From NCBI GenBank assembly GCA_041498535.1, contig JBGQIR010000001.1, positions 1 to 44,914 of the forward strand: a stretch of DNA of 44,914 nt, read 5' to 3'. The notes beneath the pieces are model-generated. The model did no database searches and was not told the origin of the DNA. It saw nothing but the letters and a program-made list of their open reading frames with translations. How positions within the stretch are numbered: position 1 is the stretch's first letter; each line of letters begins with the position of its first letter. This document shows, piece by piece, positions 18,131-29,239 of the stretch. This DNA comes from Candidatus Methylomirabilis sp. GTDB lineage: Bacteria > Methylomirabilota > Methylomirabilia > Methylomirabilales > Methylomirabilaceae. Made by a program: the position numbers and the translations under genes.

Positions 18131-19110
18131 TGAGCGATCTGCCCCCCAGGGTCGCCATCCTGATCTTGAGCTGGAATGACCTTCGCAACACCGTTGAGAC
18201 ACTGCGCAGTGTCAGGGGCCTGGAGTATCCCAACACGGAGGTCTGGGTGGTGGACAATGGCTCAACCGACGAGTCCGGAGGAGCGATCGCGGAGCAATTC
18301 CCAGAGGTTCGCGTGATCCGCTCGCCGGAAAACCTCGGCATCCCCGGAGGGAGGAACTTCGGCTTGGAGGCCGTCCTCAGCCGGACGGATGCCGACTACG
18401 TCATGATCCTCGACAACGATGTCGTCGTCGAGCCACGCCTGCTGGACAAGCTGGTAGCGGCGGCCGAGGCGGAACCCGACCTCGGGATTGTCGGGCCGAC
18501 GCTCTATTACCATTCGGATCCCAAACGGATCTGGAGTGCGGGGGCGTTCATCGTCTTTCGTGAGGTGACCGCGAGGTCACCATCGAAGAACCGGCTTGAG
18601 ACGGCCGAGCGACCAGAGGGAGTCGAGCGGTTCGATTGCATCACCGGCTGCTGTATGCTGGTCAAACGTCAAGTGTTCGAGACGGTCGGCCGTTTTAATC
18701 CCCAGTATTTCTTTGTCGGCTCCACAATGGACTTCTGCCACCGGGCGGCTAAGCGGGGATTCGCTGCTGCCGTCGCTACCCATGCGAGGCTTTGGCACAA
18801 GGTCTCGGCTAGCACCGGCGGTGGGTACAACCCGTTCCGGGCGTACTTCACCGGGCGGAGCACCATTTTATTCCTAAAGGGGCACGGAGGGATCTGGAAC
18901 TGGATCACCACCCTCACCTGTGTCACATTGAGCCTCCCGATTGCCTATTTCCGAGAGCGGCGCCGCGGAAACCAGCGGGCAGTGGCCATGAAGTTGAGGG
19001 GCTATCTGGATGGGCTATACGGGAGGCCGGTCGATCCTGAGGTGGAACGGTATTTCCAGCTTAAGAATTCTGCGCCAACGGAGCAGATGCATGTCGAACG
19101 TCATGCGTGA
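18130..19110 (+). CDS. GT2 glycosyltransferase (rhamnosyltransferase-like)
   Basis: VAILILSWN, VVDNGSTD, ENLG..GGRNFG, LDND, TGCCMLV, WHKVSAS. Confidence 0.9.
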   Translation: MSDLPPRVAILILSWNDLRNTVETLRSVRGLEYPNTEVWVVDNGSTDESGGAIAEQFPEVRVIRSPENLGIPGGRNFGLEAVLSRTDADYVMILDNDVVVEPRLLDKLVAAAEAEPDLGIVGPTLYYHSDPKRIWSAGAFIVFREVTARSPSKNRLETAERPEGVERFDCITGCCMLVKRQVFETVGRFNPQYFFVGSTMDFCHRAAKRGFAAAVATHARLWHKVSASTGGGYNPFRAYFTGRSTILFLKGHGGIWNWITTLTCVTLSLPIAYFRERRRGNQRAVAMKLRGYLDGLYGRPVDPEVERYFQLKNSAPTEQMHVERHA

Positions 19111-19123
19111 GGTGGGGCGGCGA

Positions 19124-19285
19124 ATGCCGCGTCTTCCCTAATTGATGGTCATCGGCATCGATGGGGCCACCTTCGACTTAATGGGTCCGTGGATGCAGGC
19201 GGGGGAGCCACCGCGCCTGGCGCGCATTCAGGTGACCCATTGTAAGGGAGACGACGGCGATCGGAACCCACACGGCCTCGTGTAA
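19124..19285 (+). pseudogene. N-terminal remnant of a nucleotide pyrophosphatase/phosphodiesterase-family gene
   Basis: MPRLP(TAA)LMVIGIDGATFDLMGPWMQAGEPPRLARI; same family as the gene at 43304; truncated after about 35 codons. Confidence 0.7.
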
Positions 19286-19345
19286 TTTGCGCTTCGTGCC
19301 CGTGGCAAGGTGCAGAGGCGCCCAACCCTGCAAGGAAGAGCCATC

Positions 19346-19873
19346 TTGAGAGCGGGGTTCACCCTCTGGTTCACGGGACTCTCATGCTCGGGAAAGACTA
19401 CCATTTCCCGGCTTGTCGAGGCCGCCCTCAGGGCGCAGGGCTTCCCGGTCGAGGTGCTGGACGGGGATGTGGTCCGGCAGAACCTGAGCCAAGGCCTTGG
19501 CTTCTCCAAGGCGGACCGCGACGCGAATATCCGGCGGATCGCCTTCGTCAGCAAGTTGCTAACCAGGAACCAGGTGGTGACCCTGGTCGCCGCGATCTCC
19601 CCCTATAGGGAGGCGCGCGAGTTGGCACGGAAGGAGATCGGGCGGTTCGTGGAGGTCTACGTGAAATGCCCTCTGGAGATCTGCATCGCCAGGGATGTCA
19701 AAGGACTCTACAAAAAGGCGCTTGACAGTACCATCCCCTACTTCACGGGCATCTCGGACCCCTATGAGGAGCCGCTGGAGCCGGAGATCGTCATCGAGAC
19801 TGACCGGGAGACTCCTGAGGAGAGCGCGGCCAAGGTGCTTCGGGGGCTCCAGAATCTAGGGTTTCTGCCCTGA
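19346..19873 (+). CDS. cysC: Adenylyl-sulfate kinase
   Basis: WFTGLSCSGKTT, LDGDVVR, LGFSKADRDANIRR, RDVKGLY, FTGISDPYEEP. Confidence 0.96.
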   Translation: MRAGFTLWFTGLSCSGKTTISRLVEAALRAQGFPVEVLDGDVVRQNLSQGLGFSKADRDANIRRIAFVSKLLTRNQVVTLVAAISPYREARELARKEIGRFVEVYVKCPLEICIARDVKGLYKKALDSTIPYFTGISDPYEEPLEPEIVIETDRETPEESAAKVLRGLQNLGFLP

Positions 19874-20037
19874 CGCTGGAGGACGAGCATTTACGATCCT
19901 TATCTGATCGTCTGAAGAAGGTTTGGCCCCAACCACGTGTGAATTACGCTCACGCGATTCCTCCTTCATTCCGCGTTTCTGCTAGCTCCCCGAGCTGCAT
20001 GGCCCTACTCCCAAACCGGATCAGCGGCGAGAGCCGC

Positions 20038-21006
20038 TCAGGTGTCCATCCATCGTGCGTTCCCGTGGCCCCCCTGCTGGTTTTTTCGCAGTCTGTACTG
20101 CACCTCTTCAACGATCCTTCGGTTCACCGCGATCAGATCCGCCAGCAGGCCAAATAGCCCGAGCTGAAAGCCGACTGTCAGCAGGATCGACGCGAGGATT
20201 AAGGATTGCACGTGGCCCTGACCATGCCCGCTGAAAAAGTAATAGAGGAAGCGAGCCCATATGAGCAGACCGAGGCTGAGCGCTCCAAGGCCGAAACAGC
20301 CGAAGAACCTCAGGGGCTCATAGATCATGAAGGTCCGTAAAATGGTGAGGGTTTGCTGAAAGATATAGTCAAAGGTACTCCGGATAAGTCGGGATTCACG
20401 GAGCGGAGGATTCGTGCGGATTGGGACGGACAGGACGACCATGTTGTTTCTCCCTGCCTGGATGATGGTTTCCAACATCGGGCTGTAGCTGGAGAAGACA
20501 TTCAACCGTAACGCCACCTCACGGCTGAAGGCGCGGAATCCACAGGCCGCATCCGGTACTCTGGTGCTCGACACAACCCGGACCACCCAACTGCCGAGTT
20601 TCTGGAGCTTCTTCTTGACCAAAGAGAAATGCGCGATCTTCTCGACCTCCCGATCACCAATGACGAGATCGGCCCTCCCCTCCAGGATAGGCTTGACAAG
20701 TCGCTCGACATCAGCGCCGTTGTATTGATTGTCGCCATCGGTGGTCACGATGACAGCGGCCCCTTGTCGGACTCCTTCCTCCAGGCCAACCGCGAACGCC
20801 CTCGCATAGCCCTGGTTCTTCGTCAGCCTGACAACGTGATGGACCCCTGCTTCTTTCGCAACCTCCGCCGTCCGGTCTGCACTCCCATCATCGATGACCA
20901 GATACTCGATCTCATCTATGCCATCGATCGTCCGAGGGAGGTCGCCAACGGTCACCGGGAGGTTCAGTTCCTCGTTATAGCAAGGGATCTGAATGATGAG
21001 CTTCAT
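20038..21006 (-). CDS. GT2 glycosyltransferase (polyprenol-phosphate type) with C-terminal TM helices
   Basis: IQIPCYNEE, IDDGSADRT, TDGDNQY, DAACGFRAFSR. Confidence 0.9.
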   Translation of the reverse strand: MKLIIQIPCYNEELNLPVTVGDLPRTIDGIDEIEYLVIDDGSADRTAEVAKEAGVHHVVRLTKNQGYARAFAVGLEEGVRQGAAVIVTTDGDNQYNGADVERLVKPILEGRADLVIGDREVEKIAHFSLVKKKLQKLGSWVVRVVSSTRVPDAACGFRAFSREVALRLNVFSSYSPMLETIIQAGRNNMVVLSVPIRTNPPLRESRLIRSTFDYIFQQTLTILRTFMIYEPLRFFGCFGLGALSLGLLIWARFLYYFFSGHGQGHVQSLILASILLTVGFQLGLFGLLADLIAVNRRIVEEVQYRLRKNQQGGHGNARWMDT

Positions 21007-21168
21007 CGCTGGAAACTCAAGGGCGTTGCTCTAGCCTCGGGAATTGCTTCGTTGAACGTGTTCCCTCACGATTGGCCCCTGATGAAATGGCTTTGTGCTG
21101 GTCCGGGACTGGCCAAGATCGCAGGATGCTCGGGGAACCTTGTACCGTCGCCGCGTCTCCCGGTCCTA

Positions 21169-22419
21169 TTAATCGAGATACCCGAGCTCACGCAACCGTT
21201 CCTCAACCATCTGCTGTTCCTCCTGGGTCATGGGTGTGGAGAGTTTTTCTTCACCCGAGCAGGACAGGATGGCGCCAATTGCCGACTGGAGCCTTTCGGC
21301 GACGGCGGGAAGCTGATGGATGAGATTCTTCGATTCGTGGGGATCTTCCCCCAGATGGTACAGCTCCGGGCGGATACTGGGATCCTGGGGCGCATAGAGG
21401 TATTTCCAGGGCGGGACCCGGATGCCCATCAGCCGGTGGCGCGGATCCGGGTTCCCTCGACCGCAAGCCTCGATCAGTGCAGGTAATTCCGCTAGCTGTT
21501 CGCCGCTGATCAATGGCAGAAGACTCCGGCCTTGGATCTTCACCTTCTGGTCCAGGGGGATATCCATCGCGTCGAGGATAGTAGGCATGATATCGATCTG
21601 GCGCACCTGGGGGACGATTTGGGCGCCCTCTGGGAAGAGCCCCTTGCCAACGAAGATCAGCGGGACCCGGACCAGGAAGTCGTACACGTGGTACCCGTGT
21701 CCCAGCTTGTACCATCCTTTCCCGGCCGACAATCCGAACAGGTGCCGTTTCAGTTTCCGAATCGTTCTCTCGAACAATGACCGTTCGTATCGCTCGCCAT
21801 GATCCCCGTGGAGAACCACGACGGTCTGCTCAAGATCCACATGCTCGAGGATCTTCCCCAACTCGTTGTCAAGGGATGAGAGGGCTCGCTCGTAGCGGGT
21901 CTTGCCAAACTCCGGTCGATCGAAGGCCGAAGAGAGATAGCGGGGGATGTGGATCTCCCAAAAATGCAGAAAGGAAAACCATCTCTCCTTTTGCTGGGCC
22001 AGTCTGTCGAGCTCGGCATGGAGCCGATCCCGCCATTCGGTATAGAGATGCTCCTTATCCCGACGATAGTGGTAGGCCTCGAAACCGCGGTGAAGACCAG
22101 TTTCTCGCAGAAGGGGGCCCGTGACCATCGCGTGCGTGTGATACCCGTGTTGAGCCAGAATCTCCGCCAGGGTGACGCACCCCGGTGCAAGCTTGTGGCC
22201 GCTAAGGCTTCTGATCCCATGCGCGAAAGGGTAGAGTCCGGTCATGATGCTGGCGACGGAGGGTGTGGTGAAGGTTGCCACAGCGATTGCCTGATTGAAC
22301 GATGTTCCGTGCTGCCGCAGTCGGGTGAGGGTGGGCGTTTTCGCCGAGCCCCGTTCGCCATAGCAGAGATCGGCCCTCAGGCTGTCAATGAGGAGGAATA
22401 ACAGGTTACGACGCATCAT
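21169..22419 (-). CDS. Sulfatase-like (alkaline phosphatase superfamily) protein, non-FGly type
   Basis: IDSLRAD, FTTPSVASIMTG, HFWEIH, GDHGE, C-terminal ERLRELGYLD. Confidence 0.88.
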   Translation of the reverse strand: MMRRNLLFLLIDSLRADLCYGERGSAKTPTLTRLRQHGTSFNQAIAVATFTTPSVASIMTGLYPFAHGIRSLSGHKLAPGCVTLAEILAQHGYHTHAMVTGPLLRETGLHRGFEAYHYRRDKEHLYTEWRDRLHAELDRLAQQKERWFSFLHFWEIHIPRYLSSAFDRPEFGKTRYERALSSLDNELGKILEHVDLEQTVVVLHGDHGERYERSLFERTIRKLKRHLFGLSAGKGWYKLGHGYHVYDFLVRVPLIFVGKGLFPEGAQIVPQVRQIDIMPTILDAMDIPLDQKVKIQGRSLLPLISGEQLAELPALIEACGRGNPDPRHRLMGIRVPPWKYLYAPQDPSIRPELYHLGEDPHESKNLIHQLPAVAERLQSAIGAILSCSGEEKLSTPMTQEEQQMVEERLRELGYLD

Positions 22420-22672
22420 GCTCTCAGTTCTGTCTCCTGGACATGCCTATCGCGCGCCCAAATGTGGAACGCTCCTGTTGCCGGTACGAGGGTCGAGCTT
22501 TCTCACTACCCCTGTCAGTAGAATAGCACCCTCTCTGGGTCTGCTCGGAAACCGCCTCTCATATATAGTATTCGCTATGGAGGGAGAGGTCAACAGGTCT
22601 ATCGTGATACGGTCCCGACAAAGCCGGGAGCCACAGAGGGTGGGATAATCATCGCTATCTGAAGCCAGGGGT

Positions 22673-24238
22673 TCATGGGAGCGCGACTCTCTCCTTCCAG
22701 GTCAGGAACCTTTCCTGAACCTTTGCGAGGATGAATCGATCAGCGGGATCCAGTCCTAGAAGGATGAGAGCGGCAACATAGCTCGAGAAGAATATCGCAA
22801 AGGAGGACCCGAGAAACAGATACTTATTTGCCGGAAGTGCTTGGTCGATCAAAAGAGTGGCGACGAGGGACGCGCAGGCTGCCATCAAAGGTTTAAGGTA
22901 GCCGAGGGTGAAAGGATGGACCCCGATGATTTTGAGCCCTTCGATCACTCTTGCGACCCCCAAGATAAGCATCGAAAGAGCGACGGCAAGGCTCGCACCC
23001 TCGATACCGTATCTTGGAATGAGGATGAGGAACAGAACAAGATTTATGATGCCCAGACAGATCGTGTTGGCCAGCGTGACCCCTGACTTTCCCGACATGG
23101 TAAGGACCTGGCCGGTTGCTGCTGTGGTCGTTTCGAACAAGAACCCGACGAGAAGAATCGTGAAGCTGATCTCGCCGCCGATGAACTGATTCCCCAGAAC
23201 AGAGAGGATTGGGTTCGAATGGAAGAGGGCATAGAGGATCACCGGAGAGGAGATGGAGAAGGCCCATCGTGAAAGGATTTGGAGTTGACCTTTCAGCGTA
23301 GAAAACGCCCCCTTTTCGAAGGAGGGCGCGATCATGGGATTAAAGACCCCGATCAGCGAAGTCGAGAAATCATTAAGGGCATTCGCCGTTTTATACAGTA
23401 TTGTGTATAGACCCACCTGGCTCACCGGCATGAAAAAACCGAGAAGTAAAATGTCACCCCACCGTCGGAGCTTCGTGAAGGCCTGCGCGATGACGAGAGG
23501 CAGGGTGAATTTGGCAATGGCCTTCGGTTCGGAGATCGGCTGAATGCCCTTGGCGTCGTGTTGTGGGAAGAACGGGCTCCAAAAGATGTGGGGGAATGTC
23601 TTAGCGAAGAAATAATACGCCACCACGAATCCCAGGATGGCCGATGAGAGGTAGGCGTAGAGGAGGGCCTGTAATCGAAAACCCTGGAGGAGAAGGAGCA
23701 GGAACGCCATAAGCATGACACATGGCTCCAAGATGTCCCTGGTGAGGGCGCGATATGTCATGATCTCCATGCCGACGGTAGAGCCCAGGAGCACCGAGGA
23801 CAGTCGGGCGAATGGGATCGAGAACGCCAGGTAGGTGATGACGCTTGAGAGCTGAGGCTGATGGAAAACCTGCACCCCCAGGAAATCGGACAGGAGGAAG
23901 AATGCCGTTACACCGAGGGCGCTGAGGAGCGCGGCACTTTTCAGCGCCAAGAGGATCACCCCTTTGACTCGTGCCTGGTCGCCAGCGCCATGGTAGATCG
24001 AGACGTATCGCACGACCGGACTCGATTGGCCCGCTGACAGATTAATCACAGTAGCCCGGAGTATCGTCAAGCCGAGCGTATAGAGGCCGAACCCCTTCAG
24101 TCCGACTTTTTTCGCTGCCAGGATGTTAAAGGCATACCCCAAGAGCCTCGATGTGACACGGCCGGCGAACAAGATGCCGGCGCCCTTCACGATGGTAGGA
24201 AGCTTCAATCGTCTGAGCTGAGGATCGTGTTCAGACAT
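22673..24238 (-). CDS. Polysaccharide flippase (Wzx/MATE-like)
   Basis: Many TM segments, FGLYTL, DILLLGFF..QVGLY, LIPRYGIEGA. Confidence 0.88.
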   Translation of the reverse strand: MSEHDPQLRRLKLPTIVKGAGILFAGRVTSRLLGYAFNILAAKKVGLKGFGLYTLGLTILRATVINLSAGQSSPVVRYVSIYHGAGDQARVKGVILLALKSAALLSALGVTAFFLLSDFLGVQVFHQPQLSSVITYLAFSIPFARLSSVLLGSTVGMEIMTYRALTRDILEPCVMLMAFLLLLLQGFRLQALLYAYLSSAILGFVVAYYFFAKTFPHIFWSPFFPQHDAKGIQPISEPKAIAKFTLPLVIAQAFTKLRRWGDILLLGFFMPVSQVGLYTILYKTANALNDFSTSLIGVFNPMIAPSFEKGAFSTLKGQLQILSRWAFSISSPVILYALFHSNPILSVLGNQFIGGEISFTILLVGFLFETTTAATGQVLTMSGKSGVTLANTICLGIINLVLFLILIPRYGIEGASLAVALSMLILGVARVIEGLKIIGVHPFTLGYLKPLMAACASLVATLLIDQALPANKYLFLGSSFAIFFSSYVAALILLGLDPADRFILAKVQERFLTWKERVALP

Positions 24239-25448
24239 ATTCGCTGAGTCCCGCCCATCCTTTTCGATCTGGGTCGGGCCGAGCCTTCTCGAATGAAGAC
24301 CACTTTTGTTCGATCGGCGGCTTCATAGATCTCGAGCATAGGGAGGGGTTCGCTGTGTAATGATGTGACATAGGATATATGAAGTGAAGATCAAATGAGA
24401 AAAAAGCATTAGCGATTAACGAAGGGTTTAGGAAACGCGCCACAACGGATGCCGAATACCCGCTCCAGAAGCTACTCTACGGGGACTGATCGCTACTTAG
24501 CTTCGGGTGATAAGTGCGACTGACTTATACCATATGCGACGTTTTTTGACAAGCTATTAGGATCAGAACTGGCATCCACAAGAGGGGTGGGGACGTTGGA
24601 TAACCGGCATGGCCAATCGTCGCTCCTGGGTCCGCTGAGCGCGGCACAAGGGCAGGCTTCCTTCCCGTTGCGGAGCCCCGTCCACCGCAAGCGCTCGGGC
24701 GCACCCCGGGGGACGCGATGGAGATTTTGGATAACCTGCTTCGGCTCGCGCGTCTCCTAGGGGGATGCTATGCAGGAGGAGATCCCGCGGTGGAACTGGC
24801 AGGACTCCCCGTTGAGCCGGGCCTTCCTCCGAGACCAGGCCCGGTGGCGGCCTGAGGTGCGGCTCGCCGACGATTCGTGGGTGCGCCCTCCTCCCGAGCG
24901 GCTTCGGCTTTCCGGGGAACGGGACGGCGAGGGCGCTGACTGTGTTCAATGACCGCCTCTGCATCAGCACGGTGAACCACGCGCTTTGTGGACTGCTGCC
25001 CGGCGACTGACGTAGCCTCAGGTCGTCCGCAGGCGGGTCCGGCCCGGCTGCTCCTGGGCCGACCTCCTGGCTGCCTGCTGCAGCCCGGAGCTCCTTCTGG
25101 TTAGGGCCCCCCTGGTTACCCCAGGTGTCCAGGCCTCAGGTCATCCGGCCCTATGAAACAGTAGCGTATCTGGCCATTCGAGGAACCTGTATTCCCGCCT
25201 TCGTCGTCGCAACATTCCGTACCTCATCGGCCGAAGCGACAGGTCGCGCGGCTGGCAAGTATACGTGCCCCACTCCTCGCCGCCGTCATCTGGGGACATC
25301 CGCCTCCGGATTGACTTACTAAAACCTGGATCCCGATGATGCTCGCCATTGACCGGGAAGCAGCCATGTGATACAAGGGGCGGACTAAGCACCCACGCCG
25401 CAACAAGCCCGCGAGTAGGCAGGACAGAACCGGTATTGGAGGATTACA

Positions 25449-26903
25449 ATGTGCAAAACCTGGTTTCGCCGCTTATGGTGTTCGCGAATCATTTTCGTGG
25501 TCGTGGCCGCAATGTTGGCGGTTGTTGCGACCTGGACAATTGGCTCCGCTCCGGCAGGCCTCAGTCAATACTCGAAGCCCAACATCGTCTTCATTCTCAC
25601 AGATGATCTCGATGCCAAATCGATCAAGTACCTCCCTCGTCTTAGATCGCTTATGATTGATCGGGGAACAACCTTTGAGCATTTCTTCGTTACGAATTCC
25701 CTCTGCTGCCCCTCCCGCGCTTCGATCTTGACAGGGCAATACGCTCACAATCATGGTGTGCTCACCAATCAACCCTCCAACGGAGGTTACAGGAAATTTC
25801 ATTACACGGGCAAAGAGAGTTCCACGATCGCCACGTGGCTGAAGGCCGAGGGCTATCGAACAATGCTCGCTGGCAAGTACCTCAATGGGTATCGGGGCGC
25901 CGAGCCATTGGGGGTGCCGCCCGGCTGGGACGAGTGGTACGCCGCGCGTGAAGATGGGGCCTACTCCAATATCTCTTATTACATCAACGAAAACGGCCGG
26001 CTCGTCGGGTACTTCAGTTGGCCTGAAGACTATCTGACCGACGTCATTGCGAGGAAGGCGACCGATTTCATCCAGCGGACTGCAACTGATACGAGGCCCT
26101 TCTTTCTCTACCTGGCGACCTATGCGCCTCACTTGCCTGCGACGCCTGCGCCGCGCCACGAGAACGAGTTTCCTAACACAACCGCACCCCGCTCGCCCTC
26201 GTTCAACGAGGAAGACATTGGTGATAAGCCGGAATGGGTGCGCCGCAGGACTCTGCTCACGCCTGGCGAGATCCGAGAGATCGATGATCTTTACCGCAGG
26301 CGCCTACAGTCTCTGCTGGCGATAGACGACATGATCGAGAAGATAATTCGTTTGCTCGAAGTGCAAAATCAGCTCAGCAATACGTTCGTCTTTTTCACCT
26401 CCGACAACGGCTTCCATATGGGGGAGCATCGCCTCACCCCAGGGAAAGAGACAGCCTACGAAGAAGATATCCGCGTGCCACTGATCGTGCGCGGGCCCGG
26501 TGTTCCGGCCGGACGCACGGTGGAGCAGTTGACGCTCAATATCGACCTGGCTCCCACGTTCGCCGAGCTCGGTGGCGCGCGCAGCCCCGAGACGGTGGAC
26601 GGTCTATCACTCGTTCCCTTGCTCAGCACCGGGCTGCCGTCGGTCAATGCTTGGCGCAAAGAATTCCTGGTCGAACATTGGATGAGTGGCCAGAGCGAGG
26701 TTTTTTAGCACAGCGCGTTGCGGACCCAATACTATCTCTATGTCGAATACGTGACCGGCGAGCGAGAGCTGTACGATTTGCGAACTGACCCTTTTGAGCT
26801 AAAGAGCATGCACGATAGCGCGCCGAGGGTGCTCATCAGAGAATTGGCCGAGCGTCTGGATGCCCTCAGGCAATGCAAAGCTGCAACGTGCAGGACGAGG
26901 TAG
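25449..26903 (+). pseudogene. Exported Cys-type sulfatase (GlcNAc-6-sulfatase-like) interrupted by an in-frame TAG at 26706-26708
   Basis: Signal/TM N-terminus, KPNIVFILTDD, CCPSRASILTG, GKYLNGY, TSDNGFH; the frame continues after TAG (HSALRTQY..ELYDLRTDPFEL..LRQCKAATCR). Confidence 0.8.
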
Positions 26904-27268
26904 CAGGTATGACCCCTGGCGTACCTGTCGCTACCAGGATACGCGGGACAGAGCTTAGCCCGGTGGGGGGAGCAAGGCCAGCGGAAACGGTCTCGGCAGA
27001 GGGGGCGGTTGGCGCGGGATATCGGCGTCCACCTCCGCATTCTAAGATCGCACCCGAAGAGCCGGTCCGACGGCTTGGCCGGGTCACCCCACCATGGGGG
27101 CTATGAGATTCAATGGTCTGTTGCGGATCAGCCCCACGTCTGGGGTGCTGGTCCGCCCCAAGCTCTGCCTGGGCGAGACCGAAGGCCTCGCGAGCAAGGA
27201 CAGGCGCGAGATCCTGGGGACCGATAATGCAACAGGATTCTCGCGATTTTCAACCAACTTCGAATTCC

Positions 27269-27298
27269 TTGACACCCGCGCGCCGAGTGATCTATCAT
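27269..27298 (+). promoter_or_regulatory. Putative sigma70 promoter for gspE
   Basis: TTGACA-N18-TATCAT. Confidence 0.45.
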
Positions 27299-27365
27299 TT
27301 TGGTTATATCGAATCCTGCAGTTGGCGGTGCCATAGGGGTCGGCGATCGACTGCCGAACGGTGGG

Positions 27366-29102
27366 ATGATGGACTCGGCGACAAACAGCGGCCACACATG
27401 GGCGCAGCGGGAACCACTGGGCGAGATCCTGATCCGCGAAAAATCGATCACGCGGGATCAGCTCCAGCGTGGGTTAGCCCGCCAGCGAGAGCTGGGCAAG
27501 CGACTGGGCGAAGCCCTCGTGGAGCTCGGGTACGTGTCGGAGGAGGACGTCGTTCGAGCTCTGGCGTTGCAATTCGGCCTCCTGCACCTTTCCCTCACGG
27601 CCCTCTCGATCGCCCCGGTACCGATCAGAGGCCGCGTCTCGCCTAAGTACCTTCGCGAGCACAAGGTCTTCCCGATAGAGATCAAGGATGGCGTGCTGAC
27701 CGTGGCGATGGGGGACCTCGTGGATCCGTACACGCTGGATGACCTGCGGCTCAGCACCGGGTGTGCCATCAAGGTCTGCCTGGCGAAAGAGCGGGAGATC
27801 CTCGAGGCGATCGATCAGCATTACGGCGAAGGCGAGACGACGATCGAGAAGATCGTCAAGGGGTACGGCGAGGAGGAGGGCGGGCCGTCGGCCGACGACC
27901 GGGAGGACGTCGATCACCTGCGCGATCTCGCCTCCGAGGCGCCCGTCATCCAACTCGTCAACCTGCTGATTACCCGGGCGGTGGAGGCGAGGGCCAGCGA
28001 CATTCACATCGAGCCGTTCGAGGATACGCTACGGATCCGCTACCGCGTGGATGGTGTCCTCCTGGACCATGAGTCCCCCCCGAAGCGACTGCAAAGGGCC
28101 GTCATATCCAGGGTCAAGATCATGGCGAAGATGAACATCGCCGAGCGACGGCTCCCGCAGGACGGCCGGATCCGGTTCCAGATTCTGGACAAGGATCTGG
28201 ACCTCCGGGTCTCCACGATCCCGACGCTGTACGGCGAGAGCGTCGTGATGCGGATCTTGGACCGGAGCAGTCTCCTCTTGAGCCTGGGGGAGCTGGGCTT
28301 TCCCGACGACGTTCGCCTGCAGTTCCAGCGCCTGATCCGGAAACCCCACGGCATGATCCTGGTGACCGGCCCGACCGGAAGCGGGAAGACCACCACCCTT
28401 TATACGGTGCTGAGCGAGATCAACTCCGCCGACAAGAAGATCATCACGATCGAGGATCCGGTGGAGTACCAGCTCCGGGGTGTCAATCAGATCCACGTGA
28501 AACCCAAGATCGGCCTGACCTTTGCCAACGGGCTCCGTTCGATCGTCCGCCAGGATCCCGACGTCATCATGGTCGGAGAGATCCGTGATGCCGAGACAGC
28601 AGATATCGCCATCCATTCGGCCCTGACTGGCCATCTGGTTTTCAGCACACTGCACACGAACGATGCGCCCGGCGCGATCACCCGCCTGCTGGACATGGAG
28701 ATTGAAAACTACCTGGTCTCCAGCGTCCTGGTGGCGGTCCTGGCGCAGCGCCTGGTCCGAGTCATTTGCCACGAGTGCCGGGAGCCCTATCAGTTGGACC
28801 CTGCAGCAGTCAGGAAGATGGGGATTAGAACTGTGGTCGATGGCCCGCTGCAAGTGTTCAAAGGTAAGGGGTGCGCCGCCTGTAATTTCACCGGGTACCG
28901 CGGGCGTAAGGGCATCTTCGAGTTTTTGCCGATCGGCGAGGAGATCCAGCGGCTGATCCTGGAGAAGTCCGATTCCAATGTGATTCGGCAGAAGGCGATT
29001 GCGCTGGGCATGAGGACGCTGTGGGAGGACGGCTGGCAGAAGGTTGAGCAGGGGGTGACCACGCTCGAAGATCTGCTTCGTGTCACGAAAGAGGAAGGGT
29101 GA
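27366..29102 (+). CDS. gspE: T2SS ATPase with N-terminal MshEN-like domain
   Basis: PLGEIL..RLGEALV, ASDIHIEP, ERRLPQDGR, GPTGSGKTTT, RQDPDVIMVGEIRD, CxxC..CxxC. Confidence 0.95.
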   Translation: MMDSATNSGHTWAQREPLGEILIREKSITRDQLQRGLARQRELGKRLGEALVELGYVSEEDVVRALALQFGLLHLSLTALSIAPVPIRGRVSPKYLREHKVFPIEIKDGVLTVAMGDLVDPYTLDDLRLSTGCAIKVCLAKEREILEAIDQHYGEGETTIEKIVKGYGEEEGGPSADDREDVDHLRDLASEAPVIQLVNLLITRAVEARASDIHIEPFEDTLRIRYRVDGVLLDHESPPKRLQRAVISRVKIMAKMNIAERRLPQDGRIRFQILDKDLDLRVSTIPTLYGESVVMRILDRSSLLLSLGELGFPDDVRLQFQRLIRKPHGMILVTGPTGSGKTTTLYTVLSEINSADKKIITIEDPVEYQLRGVNQIHVKPKIGLTFANGLRSIVRQDPDVIMVGEIRDAETADIAIHSALTGHLVFSTLHTNDAPGAITRLLDMEIENYLVSSVLVAVLAQRLVRVICHECREPYQLDPAAVRKMGIRTVVDGPLQVFKGKGCAACNFTGYRGRKGIFEFLPIGEEIQRLILEKSDSNVIRQKAIALGMRTLWEDGWQKVEQGVTTLEDLLRVTKEEG

Positions 29103-29143
29103 GAAGAGCCACCCTCTGATGCGAGAGGTCTTGGCCAAGCAGC

Positions 29144-29175
29144 AAGCAGATAGGTGCCGCCTATCTGCTTTTTTT
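29144..29175 (+). terminator. Intrinsic terminator after gspE
   Basis: Perfect AAGCAGATAGG/CCTATCTGCTT stem with TGCCG loop and a T-run. Confidence 0.8.
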
Positions 29176-29210
29176 GTGCCTCCTTCGCGGGATTTAAATA
29201 TGGATTTCTG

Positions 29211-29239
29211 TTGAACACTCCGAGGATAGTTGGTATATT
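29211..29239 (+). promoter_or_regulatory. Sigma70 promoter for the gspF-gspD unit
   Basis: TTGAAC-N17-TATATT with an extended TGn -10. Confidence 0.6.

Noticed and set aside
24240-25448. Short ORFs between the flippase and the sulfatase
   Set aside because: No recognisable motifs or consistent frame; probably degraded DNA.
27009-27240. Possible amidohydrolase C-terminal remnant (DQPH, DRREILG..NA)
   Set aside because: Too short and split across frames to support a call.
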